64,000 nt of DNA from Candidatus Dormiibacterota bacterium (GTDB taxonomy: Bacteria > Chloroflexota > Dormibacteria > Aeolococcales > Aeolococcaceae), in the NCBI GenBank assembly GCA_003162415.1, contig PMOL01000004.1:266474-330473 (forward strand), read 5' to 3'. How positions within the stretch are numbered: position 1 is the stretch's first letter; each line of letters starts with the position of its first letter. The notes under the pieces are model-generated. The model saw nothing but the letters and a program-made list of their open reading frames with translations. It was not told where the DNA came from and searched no databases. Below are positions 47,572 through 56,679 of this stretch, piece by piece. The position numbers were made by a program, and so were the translations under genes.

Positions 47572-48709
47572 CGGATACCACCGTGCTCGCCCCGGCACGT
47601 TCGCGTGCCACGCGATACACGTCGAGAACCTCGTCGACAACATGTTCCCAGTCGTACAGCTGCGCCTTGGCGAGTCCGCGCTCGCTCATCGCCGCGCGTC
47701 GTGACGGGTTGTCGATCAGCGCGCCGAGTGCGGCCGCCCACTCCTTGGGATGGCGTGGGGGAACCAGCACGCCGTCGATGTCATGAGCGATCACGCTGCT
47801 GAAGCCCGGGATAGACGATGCGATCACCGGCACCCCGCTGGCCATGGATTCCAGCAGCACGATGCCGAAGCTCTCGCCGCCGGTCGCCGGTGCGCAGAAG
47901 ATGTCGGCCGAGGCGTAGTACCTCGGCAGCAGCTCGGAGGAGACCCGGCCGGCGAACTCGACGTCGGGGATGCCCATCGCCGCGACCTGGCTCTCGTATC
48001 CCCAGCGCATCGGCCCATCGCCCACCACGACGAGGCGCGCGTCATTGCGAAGGCGGCGGAGCTGACCGTACGCCTCGAGCAAGGTCGGCAACCCTTTGCG
48101 CGACTCGAGCCGGCCGACGAACAGGATCGTGGCCTTGCCAGGCGTGCGCAGCTCCTCGAGCTGTGGATGATTCGGGTTGAATCGCGAGCAGTCGATGCCG
48201 TTGGGGACGACCCGGTACTCGCCTTCGAAGTACCGTGCGATGAAGTCACGCGCCGGCACGCTCACCGCCACGTGAACGTGAAGCCGGTTGAAATAGCGTT
48301 TGAGGAACGGCCTGCCGTAGTAGTAGCCGAGGTTGCGCCGAGCCATCGCGTGGAAGGTGCCGACATTCGCGCCGCTGTGAAACCGCAGCACCGTGATCGG
48401 CAACGAGGGCACGAGTGGCTCGTGATAGTGCACAACGTCGAAGTGGTTTTCGTCGAGCAGCGCGCGCACCCGGCGAACGAGGTGGAACGACAGCGCGATG
48501 CGAGCCACGGAGCCGTTGGTCCGGACCGGCACGCTGCGGCCGATGCGCACGTACCCAGGGATGCCGTGGTCGTCGCCGACGCGGCTGGACGGCGCGAGCA
48601 CGGTCACGTCGTGGCCGCGAGCCCGGAGCTTTGCGGAAAGGTGGCGGACATGCTCGGTGACTCCCCCGGGGTGCATGAAGTCATAGGGGGAGACGAGGCA
48701 TATCTTCAT
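47540..48709 (-). CDS. pimA: GT4 glycosyltransferase, phosphatidylinositol alpha-mannosyltransferase-like
   Basis: MKICLVSPYDFMHPGGVTEHVRHLSAKLRARGHDVTVLAP closely resembles the mycobacterial PimA N-terminus. C-terminal GESFGIVLLESMASGVPV (E-x7-E). Confidence 0.75.
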   Translation of the reverse strand: MKICLVSPYDFMHPGGVTEHVRHLSAKLRARGHDVTVLAPSSRVGDDHGIPGYVRIGRSVPVRTNGSVARIALSFHLVRRVRALLDENHFDVVHYHEPLVPSLPITVLRFHSGANVGTFHAMARRNLGYYYGRPFLKRYFNRLHVHVAVSVPARDFIARYFEGEYRVVPNGIDCSRFNPNHPQLEELRTPGKATILFVGRLESRKGLPTLLEAYGQLRRLRNDARLVVVGDGPMRWGYESQVAAMGIPDVEFAGRVSSELLPRYYASADIFCAPATGGESFGIVLLESMASGVPVIASSIPGFSSVIAHDIDGVLVPPRHPKEWAAALGALIDNPSRRAAMSERGLAKAQLYDWEHVVDEVLDVYRVARERAGASTVVSGVHVQAPGLG

Positions 48710-49683
48710 TGCGGCGCGGTCGCCGGCCAGATGGGGTCAAGAACGTGCCATTGCTCGGGATGCAAGCGGATGGCCTCTTCGAAGATGCCGAGCAGCATCT
48801 GCGCAGTCTTGCGCACCTCGGCGTCCCTGGGCGCATCCGGCGAATACCGGATCTCCGGGTGCACCACCGCCCGCACGCGATAGCGGTCACGGAAGAGCAG
48901 GATCGGGACGATCGCGGCACCAGCACGGATGGCGATCTCCACAGACCCGATCGGGATCGGTGCCGGCTGGCCGAAGAACTCAAGCGGCTCGCCGTTCCCG
49001 ATGAGATCGCGGTCGAGCGCCATGGCCACGACGCCGCCGGACCGGAGGACTTTGAAGACCTCGCGCATCGACGCAGCGCCGAGGCGCCGCGCGGCCTGGG
49101 GATCGCCCTCGCGCATCGCCTGGGTGTCGATCGGAATGATGTGGACACCCTGGGCGCGGCGCGCCCCGATCACCCGGTCGAAGAGTTCCTTCGGCCGGAG
49201 GACCTCGGCGAGCAGCGCCATCTTGCCGCCCATCTTGTTCCACCCTGCCAGGCCCACCTCCCAGGACCCGAAGTGCATCGATGCGACGACCACGCCGTTC
49301 CCTCGCGCGATCGCCTCCTCGAAGTGATACAGGTCGGTCATGTCGATCCGCGACGGCAGGTCGGTGCGGTGCGACGACATCTCCATCACGTCCACCCAGC
49401 AATGGGTGAGGTTGCGCAGGTTGCGGCGCACCAGCCGCTTGAGCGCCTTGTCGCCGATGCTGGGGATGACGTGGCGGAGGTTGTCGCGGAGACCGTCAAA
49501 CCGGTCCGGGACCGTGGCCAGCAGCGTGTCGGCTGCACGGTCGCCGAGCCAGTACGACACCGACTGGGGGAGCGCACCGACCAATGCCTCGGCGCCGCGA
49601 TAGGCGTAATACGGCAGCATCGGATCCCGCGCAGCACGCTGAAGTGCGCGCGGTCTCGCCGCCACATCGCCGGCCTGCGTCAA
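48706..49683 (-). CDS. LpxL/HtrB-family lipid acyltransferase (PIM acyltransferase PatA-like by context)
   Basis: Lysophospholipid acyltransferase-like sequence with HFGSWE (HxxxxD/E-type) motif. 4-nt overlap with pimA. Confidence 0.7.
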   Translation of the reverse strand: MTQAGDVAARPRALQRAARDPMLPYYAYRGAEALVGALPQSVSYWLGDRAADTLLATVPDRFDGLRDNLRHVIPSIGDKALKRLVRRNLRNLTHCWVDVMEMSSHRTDLPSRIDMTDLYHFEEAIARGNGVVVASMHFGSWEVGLAGWNKMGGKMALLAEVLRPKELFDRVIGARRAQGVHIIPIDTQAMREGDPQAARRLGAASMREVFKVLRSGGVVAMALDRDLIGNGEPLEFFGQPAPIPIGSVEIAIRAGAAIVPILLFRDRYRVRAVVHPEIRYSPDAPRDAEVRKTAQMLLGIFEEAIRLHPEQWHVLDPIWPATAPQ

Positions 49684-49713
49684 CGCTGTCGGCTCTCCCC
49701 GGTTGGTCGGTGG

Positions 49714-50874
49714 CTAATTCGTCGCGGGTGTGGCGGGTTCCGCCTCCGCTGCGTCGGCGAGGACCTCGGCGACGCGGCCATTGCGCCGCGCTCCGCTGAC
49801 CTCAACGCCGGCGATGAATTCCTCAGTCGCACGGTGCGCCTCATCATCCGAGACCTGGCGCGGCGGTGACTTCATGAAGTACGAGGCGGGCCCTTCGAGC
49901 GTGCCACTGAGGCCGCGATCGAGGCCGAGCTTGCAGCAGCGCACCGCATCGATGACGATGCCCGCGCTGTTCGGCGAGTCGTGGACCTCGAGCTTCAGCT
50001 CGACATTGAGCGGCACGTCGCCGAAAGACTTGCCCTCGAGGCGGATAAACGCCCACTTGCGATCGTTGAGCCAGGGCACGTAGTCCGACGGGCCGATGTG
50101 GATGTGCTCCTTGGCCATGGGCGTCGCCAGCTGCGACTGCACGCTGTTGGTCTTGCTGATCTTCTTGCTCATCAACCGCTCGCGCTCGAGCATATTGAGG
50201 AAGTCGGTGTTACCACCGAAGTTCAGCTGGTAGGTGTTCTCCAGCTCAACCCCGCGCTCGCGGAACAGATGCGTCAGGACGCGATGCACGATCGTGGCGC
50301 CGACCTGCGACTTGATGTCGTCACCGATGATCGGGACGCCGGCCTTGCGGAAGCGCGCCTGCCAGTAATCTTCGCGGGCGATGAAGACCGGCATGCAGTT
50401 CACCATCGCGCATGGCGCCTCGAGGATCTGCTCGGTGTACCAACGGGTTGCGGCCTCACTGCCGACCGGCAGGTAGTTGACCACCACGTCGGTACCGGTG
50501 TCCTTCAGCACCTGCGCGATATCCACCGTGGAGCCGGGCGCCTTGGTGATCACCTCGGAGAGGTACTTGCCGAGCCCGTCGTGGGTCATGCCCCGCTGCA
50601 CGGGAATGTTCAGCCGCGGAACATCGCTGAACTTCACGGTGTTGTTCAGCCCGCTGAAGATCGCTTCGGAAACATCCTTGCCGACCTTCTCCCTGTCGAT
50701 GTCGAAGGCTGCGGAGATCTCGATGTCGGAGATGTGATAGCCCCCGAGGTCCACGTGCATGAGGCCAGGCACGGTGTCGTTCGGATCAGCGTTCTTGTAG
50801 TACTCGAGTCCCTGGACAAACGACGAGGCGCAGTTGCCCACGCCGATGATCGCGACTCTTACCTTGTTGCTCAC
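49714..50874 (-). CDS. ino1: inositol-3-phosphate (myo-inositol-1-phosphate) synthase
   Basis: [63 protein letters not shown]. Confidence 0.9.
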   Translation of the reverse strand: MSNKVRVAIIGVGNCASSFVQGLEYYKNADPNDTVPGLMHVDLGGYHISDIEISAAFDIDREKVGKDVSEAIFSGLNNTVKFSDVPRLNIPVQRGMTHDGLGKYLSEVITKAPGSTVDIAQVLKDTGTDVVVNYLPVGSEAATRWYTEQILEAPCAMVNCMPVFIAREDYWQARFRKAGVPIIGDDIKSQVGATIVHRVLTHLFRERGVELENTYQLNFGGNTDFLNMLERERLMSKKISKTNSVQSQLATPMAKEHIHIGPSDYVPWLNDRKWAFIRLEGKSFGDVPLNVELKLEVHDSPNSAGIVIDAVRCCKLGLDRGLSGTLEGPASYFMKSPPRQVSDDEAHRATEEFIAGVEVSGARRNGRVAEVLADAAEAEPATPATN

Positions 50875-51272
50875 GACGCGCCCTCGTGTATCGGTGTTGG
50901 TGATGTGGTCTCGGCGGGCGCCCCTGCTGAGGAGATCAGCCGCGAGAAGCTTTTGAAGTGGTTGGCGATGGCGTCGCGATCGAGGCGGCAGAACACCTCA
51001 CGGCCTTCGCGACGCGTCCGGATCACCTCCGCCTTGCGGAGGATGCGCAGGTGCCAGCTCATGCGCGGCTGGCTCACCTGGCAGAACTCCGCGAGCTCGG
51101 AGACACGCATCTCCGAGGTTGCGGCGAGCCGCTCGACGATGAGCAGCCTCGTGGGGTTGGCAAGGCCCTCGAAATGCACCGACAGGTCACTGGCGCCGAT
51201 GGCGATGCTGCCCGGGAGGGCTCGGCGCGGCGGCCGCGACGGGGCGTCGGAACCCATAAAGGAATCTTTCAT
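50871..51272 (-). CDS. ArsR/SmtB-family transcriptional regulator
   Basis: w[64 protein letters not shown]. The N-terminal 67 codons of ORF 50871..51473 are R/P junk. Start ATG 51272 or 51257. Confidence 0.75.
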   Translation of the reverse strand: MKDSFMGSDAPSRPPRRALPGSIAIGASDLSVHFEGLANPTRLLIVERLAATSEMRVSELAEFCQVSQPRMSWHLRILRKAEVIRTRREGREVFCRLDRDAIANHFKSFSRLISSAGAPAETTSPTPIHEGAS

Positions 51273-51289
51273 AAAGGATCGCTTATGAA
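51268..51289. promoter_or_regulatory. candidate ArsR-type operator, inverted repeat TTCATAA-N8-TTATGAA
   Basis: Perfect 7-bp inverted repeat in the only AT-rich patch upstream of, and overlapping, the arsR-like start. Confidence 0.35.
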
Positions 51290-51327
51290 TGTTAGACCGG
51301 TCAGGGCTCCGAGCGCAAGCCCTGCCG

Positions 51328-51603
51328 TCACCCAGCCGGTTCGTCGGCGGTGCCTGCCGGCTGGGTGCCGAGCACAGATGCGTCGGGCGCGGGCGCCTCG
51401 GTCGCCGGTTCGCTCTCCGGGGCGGTCGCCGGCCCCTCCGGCGCCGCGAGGGGCGCGGCGTCGCGCTCCTCATAGGAAGGGAGGATGACGGCGAGCAGCC
51501 GAAGGATCACCACGCAGACCAGGATCACCACCAAGAACGCGACCACGGCCAACCCGAGGCCGCCCAGGATCGAACCGATATCGAGGAGCATCCGGGGAGG
51601 CAT
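51328..51603 (-). CDS. candidate single-pass membrane protein (91 aa)
   Basis: C-terminal part of ORF 51328..52029: MPPRMLLDIGSILGGLGLAVVAFLVVILVCVVILRLLAVILPSYEE..., followed by an acidic Pro/Ala tail. The competing plus-strand frame here (HHADQDHHQERDH) looks like antisense noise. Confidence 0.35.
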   Translation of the reverse strand: MPPRMLLDIGSILGGLGLAVVAFLVVILVCVVILRLLAVILPSYEERDAAPLAAPEGPATAPESEPATEAPAPDASVLGTQPAGTADEPAG

Positions 51604-51651
51604 CACGGCAAGCACTCGGGAAGGATGGCAGGCACGGCTACGATCGATCCG

Positions 51652-52188
51652 ATGGCTGAGACACCCAGCTCCGCAGAGCTCCCTGCGTCGCTGACGATTC
51701 GACGCGGAAGGATCGTGTTTCGCGCTCGCAGACCGGTGGCGCTCGTTCTTCCGCTGCTGGCGGTCACCGAGATCGCCGGCGTCATCTGCCTGCTCATCGG
51801 CGCCACCATCGGGTGGTTCATCATCGCCGCCCCGGTCATCGGCCTGGTGACCACGGCGGTGATCCTCCGCCCGGCCCTCGAGTTGACCCGCGACGGCCTC
51901 GTCCAGCGCCAGTACCCGTACAGCAGCCTCACGCGCTGGGATGTCATCGACTCGGTCGGCATCGCCAGGGCCGGCAACCGGGTGATCCTGGCGTACAAGC
52001 TGGTTCCCGATGTGCCACCGCCACGGCACCAGCCCGCCCGGGATCTCCTGCTGGCGGTCAACGCCCCCTACGACGGCGGATGGTTCGCCGATTCCCTCGC
52101 CGGCGGTCCCGATGAGGCGCTCGCGGTCGTCACTCGGTATCTGAAGGAGCCGGACCTCCGAGGGATGCTCCCGGTCACACGTCGCTGA
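51652..52188 (+). CDS. hypothetical membrane protein (two TM segments followed by a small soluble domain)
   Basis: Internal ATG of ORF 51289..52188 (MAETPSSAELPASLTIRRGRIVFRARRPVALVLPLLAVTEIAGVICLLIG...). Alternative ATG at 51625. Confidence 0.45.
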   Translation: MAETPSSAELPASLTIRRGRIVFRARRPVALVLPLLAVTEIAGVICLLIGATIGWFIIAAPVIGLVTTAVILRPALELTRDGLVQRQYPYSSLTRWDVIDSVGIARAGNRVILAYKLVPDVPPPRHQPARDLLLAVNAPYDGGWFADSLAGGPDEALAVVTRYLKEPDLRGMLPVTRR

Positions 52189-52250
52189 CGGTGTAGCCCG
52201 CCCGTATCCTTACCCGTTGCCGCGATCGAAGGCGCGCGGTGAGCGGCTGA

Positions 52251-52326
52251 CCCAGGGTAGCCAAGTGGTCAAGGCAGCGGTCTGTAAAACCGTGTACCGA
52301 TGGTTCGACTCCATCCCCTGGGACCA
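52251..52326 (+). tRNA. tRNA-Tyr (anticodon GTA), class I architecture (5-nt variable loop), C1:G72, encoded CCA
   Basis: Hand fold: acceptor CCCAGGG/CCCTGGG, T8 A9, D arm GCCAAGTGGTCAAGGC, anticodon arm GCGGT-CTGTAAA-ACCGT, variable GTACC, T arm GATGG-TTCGACT-CCATC, A73, CCA. 76 nt in total. Confidence 0.75.
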
Positions 52327-52358
52327 CCCGAGACGCGTCTTCAAAGCTTCATGAGACG

Positions 52359-53348
52359 GTGGCCTCGTACCTGATCCGCCGCACGTTCCAGGGCGTCATC
52401 ACCCTCTGGGTGATCTGGTCCCTCGTCTTCGTCGCGTACTTCGTTGCACCGGGCGACCCCGCCGCGGAGCTGTGCAGACCGGGCTGTCCCGTGCAGGTGC
52501 TCCAGAAAATCCGCGAGGCCCTGGGCCTCAACCTCCCGCTGTGGCAGCAGTACCTCGACTACTTCGGACGCATCTTCCACGGCAACCTCGGGTACTCGTA
52601 CCTCAGCGGTCAGCCGGTGACCAGCATCATCTTCCGGGCGCTGCCGGTCGATCTCTCGCTCGCGATCCCGGCAGGGATCATCTGGCTGACGGTCGGCCTG
52701 CTCGTCGGGAGCATCGCGGCTCGACGGTCAAGGAGCGTGGGGGCGCGGACTGCGACGCTGTTCATCCTTGCCGGGCTGTCCGTGCCCACCTTCCTCCTCG
52801 GCATCGCACTCTTCTACGTGTTCAGTGGCGTCCTGATCCCTGGGCTCGACCTCTTCCCACGCCCGGGGGCCAATTGGACACCGTTTCAGGTGAACCCCCT
52901 CGAGTGGGCGCACGGCCTGGTCCTGCCCTGGATCACCCTGGCCTTCGTGTCGTCGGCAACCTACGTCCGGCTCTGGCGAAGTTCATTGCGGGACGTGCTG
53001 GGAGAGGAGTACATCACGGCGGCTCGCGCCAGGGGCCTTTCAGAGCGGCGAGTGGTCTACCGGCACGCGCTGCACGCTGCGATGTCCCCGATCATGACGC
53101 AGTTCGGGATCGACCTCGCCGCTGTGCTCGGTGGGGCGATCATCACTGAGGTCGTCTTCGACCTTCCGGGTTTGGGAAGGGCGGTCGTGCAAGCGGTCTT
53201 CAACCAGGATCGGCCGGTTGTGCAGGGAGTCGTCCTCGCCACGTCGACCTTCATCGTTGTCGCCAACATCGTGGTGGACGCGCTGTACGGGGTCATCGAC
53301 CCCAGGGTCACCCTCTCCCGAAACGGCGTTGCGTCCTCGCGGCGGTGA
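52359..53348 (+). CDS. ABC transporter permease, Opp/Dpp (peptide/nickel) family
   Basis: ASYLIRRTFQGVITLWVIWSLVFVAYFVAPGDP N-terminus and EAA-type loop EEYITAARARGLSERRVVYRHALHAAMSPI. Confidence 0.8.
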   Translation: MASYLIRRTFQGVITLWVIWSLVFVAYFVAPGDPAAELCRPGCPVQVLQKIREALGLNLPLWQQYLDYFGRIFHGNLGYSYLSGQPVTSIIFRALPVDLSLAIPAGIIWLTVGLLVGSIAARRSRSVGARTATLFILAGLSVPTFLLGIALFYVFSGVLIPGLDLFPRPGANWTPFQVNPLEWAHGLVLPWITLAFVSSATYVRLWRSSLRDVLGEEYITAARARGLSERRVVYRHALHAAMSPIMTQFGIDLAAVLGGAIITEVVFDLPGLGRAVVQAVFNQDRPVVQGVVLATSTFIVVANIVVDALYGVIDPRVTLSRNGVASSRR

Positions 53349-53368
53349 TGCGCTTCGTCGCCGCCAGA

Positions 53369-54160
53369 CTAACGCTTCTCGTACCGGTCGTACCGCGCAC
53401 GCGACCACACATAACCGATAGCCATCAGCACGACAAACCAGGCGACGGCCACAATCCATGCGTTGCCTATCGGGGTCCCGGTCAGCAGCCCTCGAAGCGT
53501 GTTGATGATCGGTGTGAAGGGCTGGTTCTCCGCGAACCAGCGCACGCCGGCAGGCATCGACGCGGTGGGCACAAACGCGCTGCTGATAAACGGCAGGAAC
53601 TGCGGGATCAGCGACAGGCTGTTCGCGCCGGCGGGAGTCTTGGCGGTCAGGCCAAAGCCGATCGCGAGCCAGGTGAGAGCGAGGGTCAATCCTGTGAAGA
53701 GTCCGGCGACGGCAAGCCATTCCACCGGGCTGGCGCTCGAGCGGAAACCTAGTCCGACTGCGACGGCGATGACCAGCACGCCACTGATCAGGGTGCGTGT
53801 CAGGCTTCCGAGCACCTGTCCGATGAGCACCGATGTGCGCGTGATGGCCATGGTGCGGAAGCGCGCCACGATCCCTTCATTCATGTCGATGCACACATTG
53901 ATCGCGGTGGCGGCGGCACTCGCACCGGCGGTGATCACGAGGATTCCGGGGGTGAGGTAGTCGATGTAGTGCCCGCCCGCGGGTGCTGCCGCCCCGAGGC
54001 CCGCACGCAATGTGCTGCCGAACACGCCCACAAACAGTAAGAGCAGAAAGACGGGGACCAGCAGGCCACCGATGGCCATCATCGGATAGCGAAGCGAGTG
54101 GCGGAGATCGCGCCGGAGCATGGTTGCGGAGTCGTGGAGCGCATACGTCGACGTGCTCAT
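53369..54160 (-). CDS. ABC-2 type exporter permease
   Basis: 263 aa, six TM segments, 4-nt overlap with the upstream ATPase gene. DrrB-like organisation. Confidence 0.8.
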   Translation of the reverse strand: MSTSTYALHDSATMLRRDLRHSLRYPMMAIGGLLVPVFLLLLFVGVFGSTLRAGLGAAAPAGGHYIDYLTPGILVITAGASAAATAINVCIDMNEGIVARFRTMAITRTSVLIGQVLGSLTRTLISGVLVIAVAVGLGFRSSASPVEWLAVAGLFTGLTLALTWLAIGFGLTAKTPAGANSLSLIPQFLPFISSAFVPTASMPAGVRWFAENQPFTPIINTLRGLLTGTPIGNAWIVAVAWFVVLMAIGYVWSRARYDRYEKR

Positions 54161-55107
54161 GCGGAAGCCTCCAGTGCGTGATGCGGTGTGCCGGTCAGTG
54201 CGAAGAACACGTCGTCGAGGTCGGGCGTCTGCACGGTCACGGTCTCGACGTGCAGCGCCTTCTCATCGAGCCGGTCGAGCAGGTTCCTGAGCGATTGCGG
54301 CGTGCCATCGGTGGGGACGTCGAGGACGAGCGCCTCGGCGTCGTCTGCATCCCGGCCCAGAACGCGCGCAGCCTCGGTCACCGCGGCTGGCTCGCGGAAG
54401 TGGAGCCGGACGCGACCACCCGGGACGCGGCGCTTGAGCTCATCGGGCGTGCCCTCGGCCACGATGCGGCCCTCGTCCAGCACCGCGATCCGGCCGGCGA
54501 GCTCATCCGCCTCGTCGAGGTTCTGCGTGGTCAGCAGGACGGTGACTCCGGTTGCTGCAAGCTCGCGGGTGATCTGCCACATGGTGTGGCGGCTGCGCGG
54601 ATCGAGACCGGTGGTGGGCTCGTCGAGAAAGATGATCCGCGGATCGCCGATGAGCGTCATGGCCAGGTCAAGGCGGCGGCGCATGCCCCCCGAGTACTTC
54701 ATGACCATCTGCCCGGCCGCATCGACCAGGTCGAACCGCGCCAGCAATTCGTCGACGCGGACCCGACCGGCGCGTCGGCCGAGGTGATGCAGATCAGCCA
54801 TCAGGAGCAGGTTCTCCCTCCCGCTCAGGAGGTAGTCCACCGCTGAGAACTGCCCGGTGACTCCGATCGCACCGCGGACTCCCTGCGGCTCGCGATTGAC
54901 GTCGAAGCCCGCGACCTTGATATCGCCGGCGTCGGCTCGCAGGAGCGTTGAGAGGATCTGCACGGTTGTCGTCTTACCGGCACCGTTGGGGCCGAGCAGC
55001 GCGAACACGGTCCCCACGGCAATCGCGAGATCGATGCCGTCGAGGACGACCTTGTCGCCGAATGACTTGCGCAACCCGGTGACCTGCACCGCGAGCCGGG
55101 CGCTCAC
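54157..55107 (-). CDS. ABC transporter ATP-binding protein (DrrA-like)
   Basis: Walker A GPNGAGKTT, signature YSGGMRRRL, Walker B IIFLDEPTTGLD. Confidence 0.9.
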   Translation of the reverse strand: MSARLAVQVTGLRKSFGDKVVLDGIDLAIAVGTVFALLGPNGAGKTTTVQILSTLLRADAGDIKVAGFDVNREPQGVRGAIGVTGQFSAVDYLLSGRENLLLMADLHHLGRRAGRVRVDELLARFDLVDAAGQMVMKYSGGMRRRLDLAMTLIGDPRIIFLDEPTTGLDPRSRHTMWQITRELAATGVTVLLTTQNLDEADELAGRIAVLDEGRIVAEGTPDELKRRVPGGRVRLHFREPAAVTEAARVLGRDADDAEALVLDVPTDGTPQSLRNLLDRLDEKALHVETVTVQTPDLDDVFFALTGTPHHALEASA

Positions 55108-55982
55108 CTCGCGCCCGTCGCAGTGGTGATTGCGACTGCCCGATGGATGGTGATGTCGCCGAACGAGGTCCGCGCACGGACTTCAACGGTTGGCTCACCG
55201 GGTTGAGGGCGGGCCGCGGACTCGAGATCGTTGTAGACCTTGCCGAACTTGGTGTCGAGGTCCAGCCAGGCTGCGACACCCTCGCGAATCCCGATGTCGA
55301 CCCTGCCCATCGCACTGTGCGCGACCACCGTCCCGCCCTCCACGTCGCCGAGGGTGACGTCCCCGTTGGCGGTCTTGGCAACCACCGTCCCGTGCGAGCG
55401 GTCGACGGAGATGGAACCGTTGGCTGCGACGACCCGAAGATCCCGCGAGATTTCACCGATCCAGATACTGCCGTTGGATCCCTTGATCTCCGCCGTGCCA
55501 TCGACCGAACCGACCTGCACGGCTCCCGACCCGGTGACGATCTGCGCGTGGCCGGACGCTCGGTCCACCGCGATGTCGCCGGCACCGGTGGTGAGATGTA
55601 CAGGTCGCGCCTCTTCGACATGTACGTCGCCCACGCCGGTGGTGTAGTGGCACTCGCCGAGCGCGCCGGTGCAGTGCAGCGCGGCGACTCCCGCCTCGCC
55701 GCGCAGCTGGGAACCCACCGCCAGGTCGATCTGCACGTCGATCGAATCACCGCCGCCGCGGGGCGAGTAACGCCGCCAGCCCCTCGGGCTTTTGACCAGG
55801 AGCCTCCCGTCAGAGAACTCGACACGGGTCTGTTCGGCGGCGGCCACGTCGGTCTTCTTGGACGGGTCACTGGGGCGCACCTCGACCAAGGTGTCGGTTC
55901 GGTTGGTGGCGGTGATCCGCACGTCGCCGACGCCGATGTCGACGGTGACGAGGATTGGTCCGGGGGTGTCGAAGAGAGGCAT
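55104..55982 (-). CDS. DUF4097-like beta-strand repeat protein
   Basis: Repetitive G-x-G-D/S-I/V units (TGVGDVHV, TGAGDIAV, TGSGAVQV, GSNGSIWI, AANGSISV, TANGDVTL, FGDITI). Confidence 0.7.
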   Translation of the reverse strand: MPLFDTPGPILVTVDIGVGDVRITATNRTDTLVEVRPSDPSKKTDVAAAEQTRVEFSDGRLLVKSPRGWRRYSPRGGGDSIDVQIDLAVGSQLRGEAGVAALHCTGALGECHYTTGVGDVHVEEARPVHLTTGAGDIAVDRASGHAQIVTGSGAVQVGSVDGTAEIKGSNGSIWIGEISRDLRVVAANGSISVDRSHGTVVAKTANGDVTLGDVEGGTVVAHSAMGRVDIGIREGVAAWLDLDTKFGKVYNDLESAARPQPGEPTVEVRARTSFGDITIHRAVAITTATGAR

Positions 55983-56008
55983 GGTTGTTTCTCCTTTGGT
56001 GGTGCGGG

Positions 56009-56539
56009 TTAGCGAACCCAGCCCGTGAAGCGACCCGGTCCGGGCACGGCTCGACCCTCTCGGCGACGACTCGGGTCGACTCGATCAAGTGCGAAGCCCG
56101 CTGCACGAACGAGCCAGGTGTTGACGGAAAGTCCCTCGCTGCTTGCCGCCTGCTCGACCTTTGTCTTGAGGTGCTCGGGCATGCGCAGGTTGATCCGCGA
56201 GGTCCCACCCTCGTCGCTGTCCCCCGGGCTCCGCGGCACGAACGGCGACGCGTCGTCAAGGCCCGAGTCCGGGAAGTCACCCGACGATTGCTCGATGGGC
56301 GCCGGGGTCACGACGAACTCGGGATTGCGATCGCGGATGCGCAACTCGACCGAACCCGGCGCTAGTTCGCGCGTGATCTCCTCTGCCGCCGCCCCGAGCG
56401 CATCCTGCAACGCGAGGCGCATGGCTGCGTCGAGCGGCGCAGCGAGGCGTTCGGCGAGCGCCCGGGCCTCGTCACCGCCTGCTTCGGCGGCGTCGGCCAG
56501 CTGTTGATGAATGCTCTCGAGATACGGGCGTAGGTCCAT
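56009..56539 (-). CDS. protein with C-terminal ribbon-helix-helix (Arc/HicB-antitoxin-like) DNA-binding domain
   Basis: C-terminal SRINLRMPEHLKTKVEQAASSEGLSVNTWLVRAA is a classical RHH. First gene of the RHH-DUF4097-ABC exporter operon. Confidence 0.6.
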   Translation of the reverse strand: MDLRPYLESIHQQLADAAEAGGDEARALAERLAAPLDAAMRLALQDALGAAAEEITRELAPGSVELRIRDRNPEFVVTPAPIEQSSGDFPDSGLDDASPFVPRSPGDSDEGGTSRINLRMPEHLKTKVEQAASSEGLSVNTWLVRAAGFALDRVDPSRRREGRAVPGPGRFTGWVR

Positions 56540-56570
56540 GGCACCACTATGGCATCACCGTGGTGCCATG
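56537..56570 (-). promoter_or_regulatory. 11-bp perfect inverted repeat CATGGCACCAC-N12-GTGGTGCCATG spanning the start codon of the RHH gene
   Basis: The left arm contains the ATG (56537-56539, minus strand). The spacer holds a third ATGGCA copy. Either an operator or a start-codon-sequestering 5' hairpin. Confidence 0.4.
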
Positions 56571-56679
56571 TCAAGCGGCACTGAGCCAAAGTGGCGCACA
56601 ACACGCGGAGAGCCGTGGGCAGCTAGGGACTCGAGTTCACGTGGCAGCTTTCACTGTACATAGTGTAAGATCAATACGC

